The notes below the pieces were generated by a model. The model did not search any database. It was not told where the DNA came from and saw only the letters and a program-made list of their open reading frames with translations. The translations under genes were made by a program, and so were the position numbers. A DNA stretch of 64,000 nt from an uncultured Nitrososphaeraceae archaeon (GTDB lineage: Archaea > Thermoproteota > Nitrososphaeria > Nitrososphaerales > Nitrososphaeraceae). This document shows positions 1 to 11,709 of the stretch, piece by piece. Each line of letters begins with the position of its first letter. The first letter of the stretch is position 1. The DNA is taken from positions 384,001-448,000 of the forward strand of contig CAVZZA010000005.1 of assembly GCA_963779615.1 (NCBI GenBank). The letters run 5' to 3'.

Positions 1-589
1 ATTCCAACTTCTGATGCGTTTTGTTCTCGAAACAACTCCTTATCCCTCAATCAATACAACCAATATACAGAACAGTTAATTTTGTGTTAATGTAGCATAG
101 ACTGAATTTACTTTGCTGGACATAACAACGGCTAAACCGCGTTTTATCATTTGCACTTATAATTGTTAACAATTTTTTTACAATTTGTATATTTATTGTA
201 TAAATATAAATAGTTGTTGTTGAATATTTGTATATTTTTCAAATTAAATACAATCTTTTTCATCTTAGAAAAATTAAAGCATCTGTAAAACTATGTGCTA
301 AATTGTTTCGTGACTTATATACAATTAGTCTTTTTTTGCTTGTTCATTAATTTCTTACTGTGTGATCCATCTTCTGAGTTTCTTTTGTTCTGTGTTTATC
401 TTTATCAAATTTAAAATCAACCTATGTGATTGACCAAATATTAAATGTCTGTTATCTTTGCTTTGTTGCATGATTCGAAACACAGTTAAAACTATGCTAC
501 TTTCCTGGTAATACATATTAAGTTATGACTAGTTACCCTTTGGACAATAACCAAAGCCATAACAAAAAACGATTTGCAATATTCATGCA

Positions 590-808
590 ACAAAGCACAC
601 CTAATGTATAAATTTTAACAACCATCGATCCTGCATGAATTAATCCATCAGGCTAGTGTGTGCAATGGCGCCATTTCCACCATCCCCCCTCCATCCTTTT
701 ATACCGCACATTGCGGGCATACCGTAACTGTCAAGAGCATGGTCATTCCATGGTATTTGGTTTATGCCTATTCCCGTTGGAATAATGGTGTGTTTATTGT
801 CCACCATG
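590..808 (-). pseudogene. Fragment of a conserved thaumarchaeal hypothetical protein
   Basis: Minus strand reads MVDNKHTIIPTGIGINQIPWNDHALDSYGMPAM, then changes frame into MAPLHTH; resembles a recalled IPxGIGI...PLHTH family; boundaries approximate. Confidence 0.3.
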
Positions 809-985
809 ATTTTTAAACTTGAATGTATATGTAAGTACCACAGAATTGGCTTTTCCGGATTTTATCTCATACCGGGTTGCACCATCAGCAAGTTAGATAA
901 CTGCCTTGCTGACAAAAGTATATAAGAATCAAAAGAGATTGGTTTCATTTACATTTGGATAATAATTTGTTTAATTGTCTAAAGC

Positions 986-3445
986 TTGGAGTATCGTCAA
1001 AAAATAATGTCTTCAGGAATTAGACAGCCTGCAACACCCACACATCCCCATGAGCACAAACTTGTTCGCTCACTGACTCTTTTGGACATCGTTATGATTG
1101 GAATAGCCGCCATGATTGGCGGTTCAATTTTTGTTTTGACAGGTCCGGCAATAGGCTTGGCCGGCAGTGCTGTGATTTTGGCGTTTATCATAAACGCTGC
1201 AATCACCCTTTTTACCGCAATGGGCTATGCTGAACTAGGTTCTGCAATGCCCGAAGCCGGTGGAGGCTATTTGTGGGTCAGAGAGGGCCTGCCTCGTCCA
1301 AACGCCTTCATTAGTGGATGGATGGCATGGCTTGCGCACATTATTGCCGGCAGCCTTTATTCTGTTGGATTCGGTTCCTTTTTTGTAAGCTTTTTGCACA
1401 TGACCAACGTTCTTACAGTAGACAGCCTTTTTGGTTTCATTCCAGTAGACAAGTTAATCGCCGTTGTGTCCATAGCATTGTTTACAATTGTTAACATTAG
1501 AGGAACCTCAGAAACAGGCAAAATTGGAACCGTGGTAACAGTTGTTCAACTTGTTGCCATTATTTCTGTCATAATTGCAGGATTCTGGACCATGGCAAAC
1601 AACAGCAGTAGTAACACTTGGCAATCCAACTTTGCAGACTTTATGCCTATGGGTTTGGGTGGATTAGTTTCCGCAATGGGTTTAACCTTTATTGCGTTTG
1701 AGGGATATGAAGTAATAGTTCAATCTGGGGAAGAGGTAAAAAACCCCAAAAGAAACATTCCAAGAGCAATATTCATTTCCCTTGCCCTTGTGGTCGTTAT
1801 GTATTGCCTTGTTGCCTTTGTTTCACTTGGCGCAATCTTTCCTGAAACTGGTCCATCCTGGCAGTTCATAGGTCAGAATGGTGATTTGGGAATCTCAAAG
1901 GCAGCGGAGATATTTATGCCATATGGTGGACTCATTGTGCTGGCAGGTGGAATAGTCTCCACTCTGGCTGCCTTAAACGCCACAACATTCTCTTCAGCCC
2001 GAGTTGCTTTTGCAATGGGGAGGCACTATAACTTGCCCCATAAACTAAGCGAAATACACCCCAAATTTAAGACACCTTACGTTTCCGTTTTACTGTCATC
2101 CATAATAATGGGAGTAATGGCTTATGCTCTGCCTCTTGAATCCATAGCCCAGGCTTCTGGTGTCATATTCTTGCTTTTGTTTACCCAGGTCAATGTGGCT
2201 GTAATTACCATACGCAAAATGTATGGCGATAAGCTTGATTATGGGTTCAAGACACCATTCTTTCCTATTGTTCCAATAACAGGAATAATACTAAAATTAG
2301 GACTTGCGCTTTACCTTTTAGTCACTGCCCCATTTAGCTGGGTTATTACCGCCTTATGGGTTTTGGTAGGCTTTACCATTTACAGAATATTTACCTTTAG
2401 GAAGGAAGTTGAACACTATTATCCAATAATAACAAGTGAGGGCAACCTTGTAAGAAAAGATTTTAGAATTCTGATACCGTACACCCCTGAGAACCCAGAC
2501 AGGCTACTCAAATATGCAGTACCAGTGGCCAAGGAAAAAGATGGCGAGATAAACATCATAAGAACAATAACCGTTCCCCATCAAACACCCCTGTCAGCCG
2601 GGATAGCATTTGTGGATTCCGCAAGAAAGGCATTTGAGCCTCTTGAAGACATGTTGAACAAAGAGGGCATAGTTTACCATTACCTTGTAAGGGTTTCCCA
2701 TGATTCCACAGAAGCAGTCCTATCTACAATAGCTGAGCAAAAAATTAGCTTGCTGATTATAGACTATGACACGATAAGAATAAACAAAAAACTGCAAACT
2801 TTAATCACCTGTGACTTTTTGGCAGTTCTTCCCCATAATGATGATAACATAGCCTTTGAAAGACAAGACGTGACGATGGATAAACAAGGATTAGCCAAAG
2901 AAAACAGGAAAAACATGGTAATCCTGTATGATGATGGAGACAATTCTGATGAAGTTCTAAAGATAACCAATTGGTTTGCAAATACTGGAAACTTCAACTT
3001 GAATGTTGTTTCGATAATTAGAAAAGATATTGTGGATAATTATGAAATCGACAAGACCAAATCCCATTACTCTGTAAGTGATAAAGGCTATTCTGAGTAT
3101 GTCAAAAGAAGGGAACATTTCCAACAGGCCGGGGTTGAACTCAACGAGATACATGTTTCTGAAGATATCGAAAAAGACGATATGCGGTTTGGAAAATTGA
3201 TACTAAAATCAATTGTCGCATACAGTCCGGACATAGTAATTACCGAATCAACCCTTGGAAAATACAGTCTGCTAACCAAATCAAGTTTTGCCAACCTTTT
3301 GATGTACAGGTTGAACTGCCCAATAATAATCGTAAAGGACATCTCTTTTCCACTGGTCAATATTTTAACACGCATCATAAAGCAAACTACTGGTCACCTG
3401 GGCCCATCTTACCTTGTAAAATTGATACGGAGCAATATTAAATAA
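986..3445 (+). CDS. APC-family amino acid permease with C-terminal USP-like domains
   Basis: 819 aa ORF (likely start ATG 1007); GAMIGGSIF-like TM1 motif, YAELGSAMPEAGGGY, AFEGYE..EEVKNPKRNIPRAI, ~12 TM segments; soluble C-terminus with ILIP...EINII and CPIIIVK USP-type motifs. Confidence 0.9.
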   Translation: MEYRQKIMSSGIRQPATPTHPHEHKLVRSLTLLDIVMIGIAAMIGGSIFVLTGPAIGLAGSAVILAFIINAAITLFTAMGYAELGSAMPEAGGGYLWVREGLPRPNAFISGWMAWLAHIIAGSLYSVGFGSFFVSFLHMTNVLTVDSLFGFIPVDKLIAVVSIALFTIVNIRGTSETGKIGTVVTVVQLVAIISVIIAGFWTMANNSSSNTWQSNFADFMPMGLGGLVSAMGLTFIAFEGYEVIVQSGEEVKNPKRNIPRAIFISLALVVVMYCLVAFVSLGAIFPETGPSWQFIGQNGDLGISKAAEIFMPYGGLIVLAGGIVSTLAALNATTFSSARVAFAMGRHYNLPHKLSEIHPKFKTPYVSVLLSSIIMGVMAYALPLESIAQASGVIFLLLFTQVNVAVITIRKMYGDKLDYGFKTPFFPIVPITGIILKLGLALYLLVTAPFSWVITALWVLVGFTIYRIFTFRKEVEHYYPIITSEGNLVRKDFRILIPYTPENPDRLLKYAVPVAKEKDGEINIIRTITVPHQTPLSAGIAFVDSARKAFEPLEDMLNKEGIVYHYLVRVSHDSTEAVLSTIAEQKISLLIIDYDTIRINKKLQTLITCDFLAVLPHNDDNIAFERQDVTMDKQGLAKENRKNMVILYDDGDNSDEVLKITNWFANTGNFNLNVVSIIRKDIVDNYEIDKTKSHYSVSDKGYSEYVKRREHFQQAGVELNEIHVSEDIEKDDMRFGKLILKSIVAYSPDIVITESTLGKYSLLTKSSFANLLMYRLNCPIIIVKDISFPLVNILTRIIKQTTGHLGPSYLVKLIRSNIK

Positions 3446-3665
3446 TTCATCTTTTATTGCATCTCTAAAACCACATTTTCTCATGAATCAACAAAAAATA
3501 AACTTTTTTGACAATACGTATCAAATATAAAAAAAACAAGATACTGACAAACCAGGCAAAACCAAATCCTCTATAATAAATGACCCAAAAGTAGAGCGCT
3601 GGAAAATCATCAGTCAACTTGATATTTCAGGTTGATATGAAGGGTTTTTAATCACTATTTTTGAG

Positions 3666-4253
3666 ATGCTCCATACCTTGGTTGACACCCTTGAGCGTTC
3701 AGTTGCATCATACATAAATGGGCAATACATATCATTAGACGAAACCACCAGAGTAACAAATGCGGTAAACCAAATGCACCCTAAAAAGGTTGAAACAATA
3801 ATAATAGTAATGCCAAAAGACGGAAAGCCCATAGGGTTTGTAACAGAAAGAGATGTTTTGGACAAGGTCGTAATGAACAGCATTGATCCGGCTGATTTTT
3901 CCAAATGACATTATGACATCCCCCCCATCATAACACTATCTACAAAGGCGACAGTGTGGGACGCCTTTGAAACTATGAGGTTCAAAATAATAAAACGAAT
4001 CCCATTCACTACTCCAGAAAATCAAAATGCGATAGTTGGCATTGTAACACAGGTAACAGTAGCTAATGCTGTAAGAACATCGGTTTTAAAAAGGACTTTT
4101 CGTCCATATTTGGTAATAGTAGGAGAGCGGTACAAGCCTATTGCGGGCAATATAGGATTTCTGAATCACGAATCAGATGGGGATTCTCTTGTGGAAAATA
4201 CGGAAAGAATCAAAAAATTATCACACAAGGCATACCGGGTTTTCGAGTATTAA
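3666..4253 (+). pseudogene. CBS-domain protein, frameshifted
   Basis: Consecutive ORFs 3666-3908 (GKPIGFVTERDVL) and 3954-4253 (IKRIPF..IVGIVTQ) form a CBS pair split by a frameshift near 3905. Confidence 0.7.
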
Positions 4254-4320
4254 CAAAAAACATCTGCCATTGCAAATGGTGTCTACATAATTTTAAATAA
4301 AAAATCGGGTCATTTTCCAT

Positions 4321-4971
4321 ATGTCAATATCGGTTGACGATTCCATAAAAAAGGAAAACTCAGAACCAATTCAGGAAATAAAAAGAAGAACAAGACAACC
4401 AACCTTTCCCATAAACCCCCTGCTTCTCAACAGATGGTCCCCAAGGTCAATGACGGGCGAGGAAATGGATGACGAAACCATAATGGCCCTTTTTGAGGCT
4501 GCAAGATGGGCACCCTCATCCTACAACAACCAGCCATGGAGGTTTATCTATGCGAAGAGGAACACCTCACACTGGAACAGGCTTTTTGGTTTGGTGGCAG
4601 AACCAAACAAGGTGTGGGCAAAAAACGCTGCACTGCTTGTTGTGGTTGCCTCAAACAAACAATTTGACATCAACGGAAAATACTCCATAACGCACCAGTA
4701 TGACGCTGGGGCCGCTTGGGAAAACCTGGCCTTGGAGGCATCAACAAGGGATTTGGTGGCCCATGGCATGCAGGGGTTTGACTATGAGAGGGCAAGGTCC
4801 GACTTGGCAATTCCAGACAGCTTTGACGTTATGGCCATGATTGCGATTGGGAAAAGGGGTCCGAAAGAAAACCTGCCAATGAACCTGCAGGAAAAGGAGA
4901 ACCCAAACGGCAGAAAGCCATTGATGGAAATAGCCATGGAGGGGCGCTTCATGGGAAAGAAGAACGGATGA
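4321..4971 (+). CDS. Nitroreductase family protein
   Basis: RWSPRSM, EAARWAPSSYNNQPWRF, YDAGAAWENLALEA, HGMQGFD motifs. Confidence 0.92.
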   Translation: MSISVDDSIKKENSEPIQEIKRRTRQPTFPINPLLLNRWSPRSMTGEEMDDETIMALFEAARWAPSSYNNQPWRFIYAKRNTSHWNRLFGLVAEPNKVWAKNAALLVVVASNKQFDINGKYSITHQYDAGAAWENLALEASTRDLVAHGMQGFDYERARSDLAIPDSFDVMAMIAIGKRGPKENLPMNLQEKENPNGRKPLMEIAMEGRFMGKKNG

Positions 4972-5095
4972 TTGCAAACCAAAAGTTTTTCCACATCCAT
5001 TTTTTTACTGCTTTTTGGGACACGTATTTCCAAGTAGATGGTGGGCTTTACTTGCCAACAGCAAAGTATTGAAAAGTAACACAGTGCCATTTCAA

Positions 5096-5296
5096 TCAAA
5101 ACTTTAGATTAATGCTCAAATTCGATTCTATACACAAGACAATAAAAATGGAATGAAAAAAAAGAAGACTTAACCCCAGGTGTCGTCTCACATCAACAAT
5201 TACTGCCATAGGGTTGTCTTCCAAACGGCTGATAAACTGGCTCCATTGGCGATCTGAGTGCCCTATGATAAACATTTGGGTCACAAATACATTCAA
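5096..5296 (-). pseudogene. DUF488-like N-terminal fragment
   Basis: IGHSDR...VIVDVRR matches the DUF488 N-terminus (TIGHS..LVDVR); truncated. Confidence 0.5.
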
Positions 5297-5498
5297 TCAA
5301 TTAGCATATGCCATATTTTTTATCTATTGAGGATGTCATTTAATTTACGGATATTATGCCTCCGTTAGTTTATGAAAATTTGAGGATTATTAGTCTTATT
5401 GCCAATTTAAAAATACAACAAGATTTTAAATTATGATAAAAATTTGGTGAGGTTTTGGGTTAGTCCATGGCAGAATTTTCTCATCCACCCATCAAGCA

Positions 5499-6377
5499 TC
5501 ATGTTTGCAGGTATCTGCTCAAAAAGTCCAATGTCTTTTTCCATGCGTCCGCTGTCTCTTTGGGGGCATAATTGTCGTTGGATGGATTTGCAAAAGCGTG
5601 CCCAACATTCGGATAAACATAAATCTCATTTGGTATTCCCGTGTCATTTAATGCCTTTTGGAACTGCTTGACAGATTCAACGGAAATTGACTGATCCTTG
5701 CCTCCAAATATTCCTAGCACTGGCCATGTGATATTCGAAATCGCCTGGGTGTCATTGGTTAGCCTGCCGTAGTAGATAATAGTGCCAGCAAGGGGGTCAT
5801 CCTTGCTGTTTATGGCCAATTGCAATGATTGCTGGCCTCCAAAGCACCAACCAAGAGACGCTATCTTTGTCGGGTTGACATTGTCAAGGGATCGTAGATA
5901 CTTTACAGCCGCTTTCATGTTTTCAATCGCAATGCCCGGGTTTTCCCTAATCACCCCGGTCAGTTCTCCTGAGCGGGTTTGGTTGTTTGTGATGACCTCG
6001 CCGTTAAAAAGGTCAACTGCTAATACCACATATCCGTTTTTTGCGAGAAGGTTGGCCGATTCTTTGACAGGGTCATTCAGTCCCCTGTTTTCATGAATCA
6101 TAACAACAGCTGGAAGTTTTGCCTTTTCTCCGCTTTGGTTTTGGCTCGGGTATACCAGGTAACCGGTGGTGTTTGAGCCAAAATATGCGACCGTCTTGTT
6201 TTCTGTTGGTTGGATAATAGCGGTGATGGAAGAATTTCCAGTACCAAAACTTACCATGGTCATTGCGGATAATCCAGTACTTCCTTGGGAGTAAACATTT
6301 TGCGTTGGTGCAGAAAGAAAGGAGGCTACAGCCAAAAGCGTCAGTATTGAAAAAGCAACATATTGTTTCATCAACAA
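5499..6377 (-). CDS. Secreted dienelactone hydrolase family protein
   Basis: Signal peptide; PAVVMIHE..GLN, GWCFGG nucleophile motif, YYG, GHAFAN. Confidence 0.92.
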   Translation of the reverse strand: MLMKQYVAFSILTLLAVASFLSAPTQNVYSQGSTGLSAMTMVSFGTGNSSITAIIQPTENKTVAYFGSNTTGYLVYPSQNQSGEKAKLPAVVMIHENRGLNDPVKESANLLAKNGYVVLAVDLFNGEVITNNQTRSGELTGVIRENPGIAIENMKAAVKYLRSLDNVNPTKIASLGWCFGGQQSLQLAINSKDDPLAGTIIYYGRLTNDTQAISNITWPVLGIFGGKDQSISVESVKQFQKALNDTGIPNEIYVYPNVGHAFANPSNDNYAPKETADAWKKTLDFLSRYLQT

Positions 6378-6931
6378 ACTTTAAACACTATTGTTTTTAA
6401 CCATATATCAAAGCCTTTTGACCATCTTGACTTTTGGACCAACGCAATATAAAATCATCAAAAAATTTATTCGGGTTTTGTTTGTCTACTCTTGGACAAT
6501 ACATCAGCTTACTTTGTGGATTTGTTGTATCTAGAATAGTTGCATTTGGAAGGCATGTTGATGATCTTTGCGTAAAGATGAATGGAGGCAAGAGAGGGAA
6601 GGTGAGTGGAATCCTACTTGTGTAACGTGATGGACAGGAAATTTAGATTTTTTATCGGCTCCAAGATGTCAAATATCGACATATACGGAGCATCCAAGCC
6701 TTCAACCAAGAAATGAAGAATTTCCACAATAACAAGATTCATGTTAATTACACAACCAGAGACGATTATGATTATATTAAATAATATGGACAAGTTAAAT
6801 TCTCTCCAATGAAATTAAAGTTGTATCATATTTTGTGTAATTGTATTATTAGTGTTTGATTCATTTTCCATAAATGTAAATTTTTTTATGTTAAAAGAAG
6901 AGGATGATCCACTTTCCCCTTTTGGATTCAA

Positions 6932-9010
6932 CTATATTGGCGTCTTCAATCGGGCAATATCTCTTCCAAAAAACAGATCAATAGTCCAATCAATTAGCAC
7001 TCTAAATCTGTTTTGCCTTGCGGGTATTTTTTTAAGATAAAATCCTCTCCAAATCATCCATGCAACAGTACCCAATATTTTAAATCCGAAAATTATTGCC
7101 ACACCATTTCTTTTTCCAACTGTAGCCATTGTTCCCCTTGTTTTATAATTAAATCTAGAAAATGAGTATTGTTTTTTTGTAAGATCATATTTTATAAGAG
7201 AGACCAGATTACTTCCGGCTATCTCCCCTTGTCTTATTGCATGCTGTGCAGTGGGAGGACAAGGATGACCTGTTAGGGGGTCAATTACAGTTGCACAGTC
7301 ACCTACAGCAAAAACATTATCAAACCCTTTAACTTGCAAATACTCAGTGGTAATCAAGCGGCCCTTCTTATCTTTGGCAGAAGGAATATTTTGAATCACA
7401 TTTTCAGGTGTTACCCCAGCTGTCCATATTACAGTATAGGTTGAAATACGATAACCATTGTTTAAAATTGCGGTCAAAGACGCATCATCATCTCTTCCCA
7501 TATTTATTGAAAGTATCGATCCAAGTGGACTCTTATCTGTGTTATTAAAGCTACCGCCACTATTTTGCTTATCAATAGACCGGACAATATCATTGACTCT
7601 ATTTGACAAAATTATTTGTACTCCTGATTTTCTTAATTCCTCCATAGCATATTTTCCTAATGATTCATGCATTTCAGTTAATATCCTATCACCTGAACTT
7701 ACAAGAACAACTTTGATATCATTTAAATCGATATTATGATAATATTGCTTAACACTCTCTCTAATAAATTCATTAATTTCACCAACAGTTTCAACTCCAG
7801 AAAACCCTCCACCAACAACCACATATGTTAAAAGATTTCTTTTTCTTTTATATTCATCAGGTTTGTCATTATCGAATGTATCTGCCTGCTCTAGTGTAGT
7901 TATAATGTGACTCCTAAGGGAATTGGCATCATACAAGGTCTTCATGCTAAAAGAAGACTCCATAATTTTTTGGTTGTTATAGTAGTTGGTTTCACCTCCC
8001 AAAGAGATAAATAAATAATCATACTCTATCTGGAATTGATGAACAGCGTCTTTATTGGCATAGTCATTTTTGTCCAAAAATATGCTATTTCTTAAAAACA
8101 CTTTTCTTTTTTCTATGTCGATATTTTCAACCTCAGCTTCAATAAACCTTGCCCTTTTGCAAAATGACCTTAAGGGAATTGCTATGTGGGATGTTTCAAT
8201 CATTCCTGAAATTACTTCATGAAGCATGGGTGTAAAGAGAAGAAAATTATCTTTGTTTACTAAAGTAATATCAACATCAACGTCATCCTCGAAAGCTTTT
8301 TGTAGTTTCTTTATCGCTTCAATTCCTGCAAACCCACCCCCCAAAACTACAATTTTTTTTTGGGTTAACTTTTCTTGATGAACCTTGTGAAGGTGTCTTT
8401 TTATCATGTTTACTCTTGAAAAAGAAATGCGACATTTTGGACACTGAAACCGTTTTCCGAGTTTTATAGATAAAAAGGATGAAGTTAGGCCAAGTGTGAT
8501 TCCAAATATAAGATTTCTTGCATAATTTTGCAATAATGCAATTATCAGATTTTTTTGTAGATCATTTAATATGCTTTGCTGAGATGATGACGGATGCATC
8601 AAAGCAATGGTTTTTGCAGTTTCATGGTTAAGAATCAACTGTTGTATCGGAATTGACCATAACAAAAACACAACCGTGCCTGTAAACAAGCCATAAAACA
8701 ACCCATTAAGAGGCTTGCTTATTTCCAAGATTCCTGTTTTGTATAAAAACACTCCCAATACAATTCCTATAGAAGATGCGGTTAGAAAATGAATACCAAT
8801 TCCTGCTAAAATAGTATAATGCGAATATACACCAATCACATGTCCAAAGATGACCCAAATTGCATAATAGTCACCATTTCCATAAAAAAGGTCATAAATC
8901 ATACCTGGCAGCATCATCACTATTCCGCCAAGCAGAGCGCCCAATACGACAAAAAATATTTCTCGCCTTAAAGAAAAATCGATTCTTAATTTGCCAACAT
9001 TATAACTCAT
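6932..9010 (-). CDS. Type II NADH dehydrogenase-like flavoprotein fused to an N-terminal membrane domain and C2H2 zinc finger
   Basis: GGGFAG (FAD) and GGGFSGVE (NAD) Rossmann motifs, FTPMLHEV, WTAG, FAVGDCA, PPTAQHA; N-terminal ~180 aa hydrophobic; CPKC-x12-HLHKVH linker. Confidence 0.88.
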   Translation of the reverse strand: MSYNVGKLRIDFSLRREIFFVVLGALLGGIVMMLPGMIYDLFYGNGDYYAIWVIFGHVIGVYSHYTILAGIGIHFLTASSIGIVLGVFLYKTGILEISKPLNGLFYGLFTGTVVFLLWSIPIQQLILNHETAKTIALMHPSSSQQSILNDLQKNLIIALLQNYARNLIFGITLGLTSSFLSIKLGKRFQCPKCRISFSRVNMIKRHLHKVHQEKLTQKKIVVLGGGFAGIEAIKKLQKAFEDDVDVDITLVNKDNFLLFTPMLHEVISGMIETSHIAIPLRSFCKRARFIEAEVENIDIEKRKVFLRNSIFLDKNDYANKDAVHQFQIEYDYLFISLGGETNYYNNQKIMESSFSMKTLYDANSLRSHIITTLEQADTFDNDKPDEYKRKRNLLTYVVVGGGFSGVETVGEINEFIRESVKQYYHNIDLNDIKVVLVSSGDRILTEMHESLGKYAMEELRKSGVQIILSNRVNDIVRSIDKQNSGGSFNNTDKSPLGSILSINMGRDDDASLTAILNNGYRISTYTVIWTAGVTPENVIQNIPSAKDKKGRLITTEYLQVKGFDNVFAVGDCATVIDPLTGHPCPPTAQHAIRQGEIAGSNLVSLIKYDLTKKQYSFSRFNYKTRGTMATVGKRNGVAIIFGFKILGTVAWMIWRGFYLKKIPARQNRFRVLIDWTIDLFFGRDIARLKTPI

Positions 9011-9497
9011 TTTTTTAAATTAAATAATTAAAACATATTAATTTATACAAATTGTAACAAATAAAAAAGTCTCATAATTTGTATTGTCAGTAAATTATGT
9101 TTAGCGACAAACCAATATTTCTTACAACAGTAATCACTTGATTGTCATTAAGGTTCATTTGAAAGAGGCATAAAACGATTTTTACATTCATAGACTCAGC
9201 ATTTTATTTATTGTTACAAAAAAGGTTAATCCTTGCTAGTGCAAATGACAGGAATTGTAATTATCCATTTTCTGCCCTTCATCAACATTTAGCGATAAAG
9301 CTTGTGCATTTTTAATAATCTAGAAAGGGTCCCTATTGAATATCTTTAACAAATGAAGATAGCACCAAAATTTTTATTGCAGTATTGTAAATCAATTTTG
9401 TGTGGTAAGTTGATAATTCAAATGCTAAAGACTTTCTAATGGATTGTCCCTATAGATTTCTTTATGCCCGTGTGTGTTTATAAATTATTTTGACTTT

Positions 9498-10028
9498 TTA
9501 GTGCACAATCAAAACAGGGCAATCTGACATTTCAGAAACATTTCTAGAAACACTGCCCAATGCCTTAACTTTGGATAGGCCCCCTAAACCTATGTTTCCT
9601 ATAACTATCAGATCTATGTTTTCTTTATTTGAAAATTTAATAATGTTCTCTGCAATAGAACTATTGCTACCACCAACAAGTATTTCTGTTCCTATCAGCA
9701 TCTCAGGGGATTCATATTTTTTTTTAATAGCGGAAAGCCTGTCTGCCCACTCTATCTGGATTGCTTCATTCATTTCTTTAATGTAGTCAGTTAGCGTAAT
9801 CGTTTTACCGGTTTTGATGGATTTCGTAGGTTTTTCAAATCCCAGGGGAATATGAAAATGTGGGATAACACTTAGTATTATAATTTCCTTCTTTGGGGTG
9901 CCTTTATTATCGTCGTTTTTGTCATTATCCATAGTAAGTTGTTGTTGAAGCTTTACTGCATATTCTAATGCTTTTTCTGATTGACTTGAACCGTCAATAG
10001 GAGATAATATTTTCAAAGGGAATACCAT
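9498..10028 (-). CDS. Universal stress protein
   Basis: KILSPIDGS..SEKALEYA; DLIVIGNIG..LGSVSRNV..CPVLIVH. Confidence 0.92.
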   Translation of the reverse strand: MVFPLKILSPIDGSSQSEKALEYAVKLQQQLTMDNDKNDDNKGTPKKEIIILSVIPHFHIPLGFEKPTKSIKTGKTITLTDYIKEMNEAIQIEWADRLSAIKKKYESPEMLIGTEILVGGSNSSIAENIIKFSNKENIDLIVIGNIGLGGLSKVKALGSVSRNVSEMSDCPVLIVH

Positions 10029-10440
10029 TATTCGGAATTATATATCGTATTTATTCTTTCTTTTCTCCATATGGAAAATCAATTTTATGACTCGCTGTTT
10101 ATTTGCCTAACAACTCTATTCATGTGAATTTTGGTTACGGGTCATGGCATAAATAATACATTTCATATGCGATTGTAACTCAATAGTGTAGTCGATCTAT
10201 CAACCCACTGGAAAATCAATTATTTTGACAGAGAGAAAGACGAATAAATCCTTCATTAACTTGTTAGAATGCATTTTATGCTATCGATAACACACATAGA
10301 CAAAAACAACCTATCATGTCAATAATTGGTTTAACATATTCATAGGCAAGCAACAAAAAAGTGACATATCGAGTGAGGCATCTGGAGCTATGGCCACTCT
10401 AAAACAAATTTTTATAATCCTCTTTCAACCAAATTAACAT

Positions 10441-10926
10441 ATGCCAACTACAACTACAAACCCCAGTGCGACTACCACTAGTCAAAAGACAATAATATCC
10501 AAAATATTAGTTGCAATAGATGGGTCTGACGCTTCAATGGATGCAGCAGATTATGCCATCTCCATATCTGAAAAATACAATGCAGAACTTTATGCTTTGC
10601 ACGTTATACATCCAGCTGACGTTGACTTGTTACCCGGAACGGATCAAACACCTGATTACTCTGTGGTGGTAAACACAAACAAAGAATTTCAGGATCATTT
10701 GGATAAAGTTAAACTCAAAGCAAACGAATATGCCATCACCATAAAAACAGAAACTATTGCTGCCATAAATGTGGCAGGAGGCATAGTAGATTATGCAGAA
10801 GGCAAAAGTACTGATCTTATTGTTGTTGGAACAAGAGGAAAATCCGGCATCAAGAAGGCATTGCTTGGTAGTGTTGCAGCAAATGTTGTAACTTATGCAC
10901 ATTGTCCTGTATTAGTAATAAAATAG
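10441..10926 (+). CDS. Universal stress protein
   Basis: KILVAIDGS; DLIVVGTRGKSGIKKALLGSVA..VV..AHCPVLVIK. Confidence 0.95.
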   Translation: MPTTTTNPSATTTSQKTIISKILVAIDGSDASMDAADYAISISEKYNAELYALHVIHPADVDLLPGTDQTPDYSVVVNTNKEFQDHLDKVKLKANEYAITIKTETIAAINVAGGIVDYAEGKSTDLIVVGTRGKSGIKKALLGSVAANVVTYAHCPVLVIK

Positions 10927-11237
10927 TACCTGCCTCAAATTTACAGATGACACGACGAGACAACTTGTTACCAAAAGGTTAAATGATATTGATAGTAACA
11001 ATAAGCATTTCATGGCTCATCCTTTTCGGAAGTAAATCTTATGTTTATTTCTTGTACCTTGCGGCTTTAGGGAAAGAATCAAGTCATCATAGTAATACAG
11101 TAATCAAAAGACGCACATCTTTGGCCTAATTTGGCTATGGTGACAACAGTAAATAGAACGCAAAATATAGCAAATAGACTACTGTTACTAATACCAATAA
11201 GATGATTGCATTAGAGGTTGACAGAACTACCGGCATG

Positions 11238-11700
11238 GGGAACTGTCAAGAATTTGGTTTATTGAATCAGCAGGCTTTTGTTCTTTATTTCATAATCAAC
11301 CTATCTAGATGGGATTGGCAAATTGCTTATTGGTGATATACCGGCCTTCTTGTGACAGATCCCGGTTCGACTTGGAGAGATTCTTTTTTTTGCATGGAAA
11401 GTAGTCATCAAAACTTTCAGTTCTGTCTTTGATACACTGCATAGCCCCCTCAATGACGCTTTTCTCGTAAGGGGAATGGATGTGATGCTGTAGTTTCAGG
11501 AACATGCATATGCTTGTGGACACCATGTACCTCTCCATCAGTAGAAACAGGATGCTACCCATGTTTTTCCACAATGGCGGATTGAAGAGCTCTGCTACAA
11601 ACATGTTTTGATCTATTGAAATGCTTACTGCAAGAATTTCCTTGTTTTTAGGCTCTATTGCAACCCAAAGCAGAATAAATTCTGAGCCAACTTTGACAAG
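11238..11700 (-). mobile_element. IS6-family (DDE) transposase remnant
   Basis: Minus strand KVGSEFILLWVAIEP.NKEIL..SIS...NMFVAE then HHIHSPYEKSVIE..MQCIKDRTESFDDYFPC, with frameshifts; IS6-like end ggaactgtcaag near 11239. Confidence 0.75.
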
Positions 11701-11709
11701 TGGGGTATT

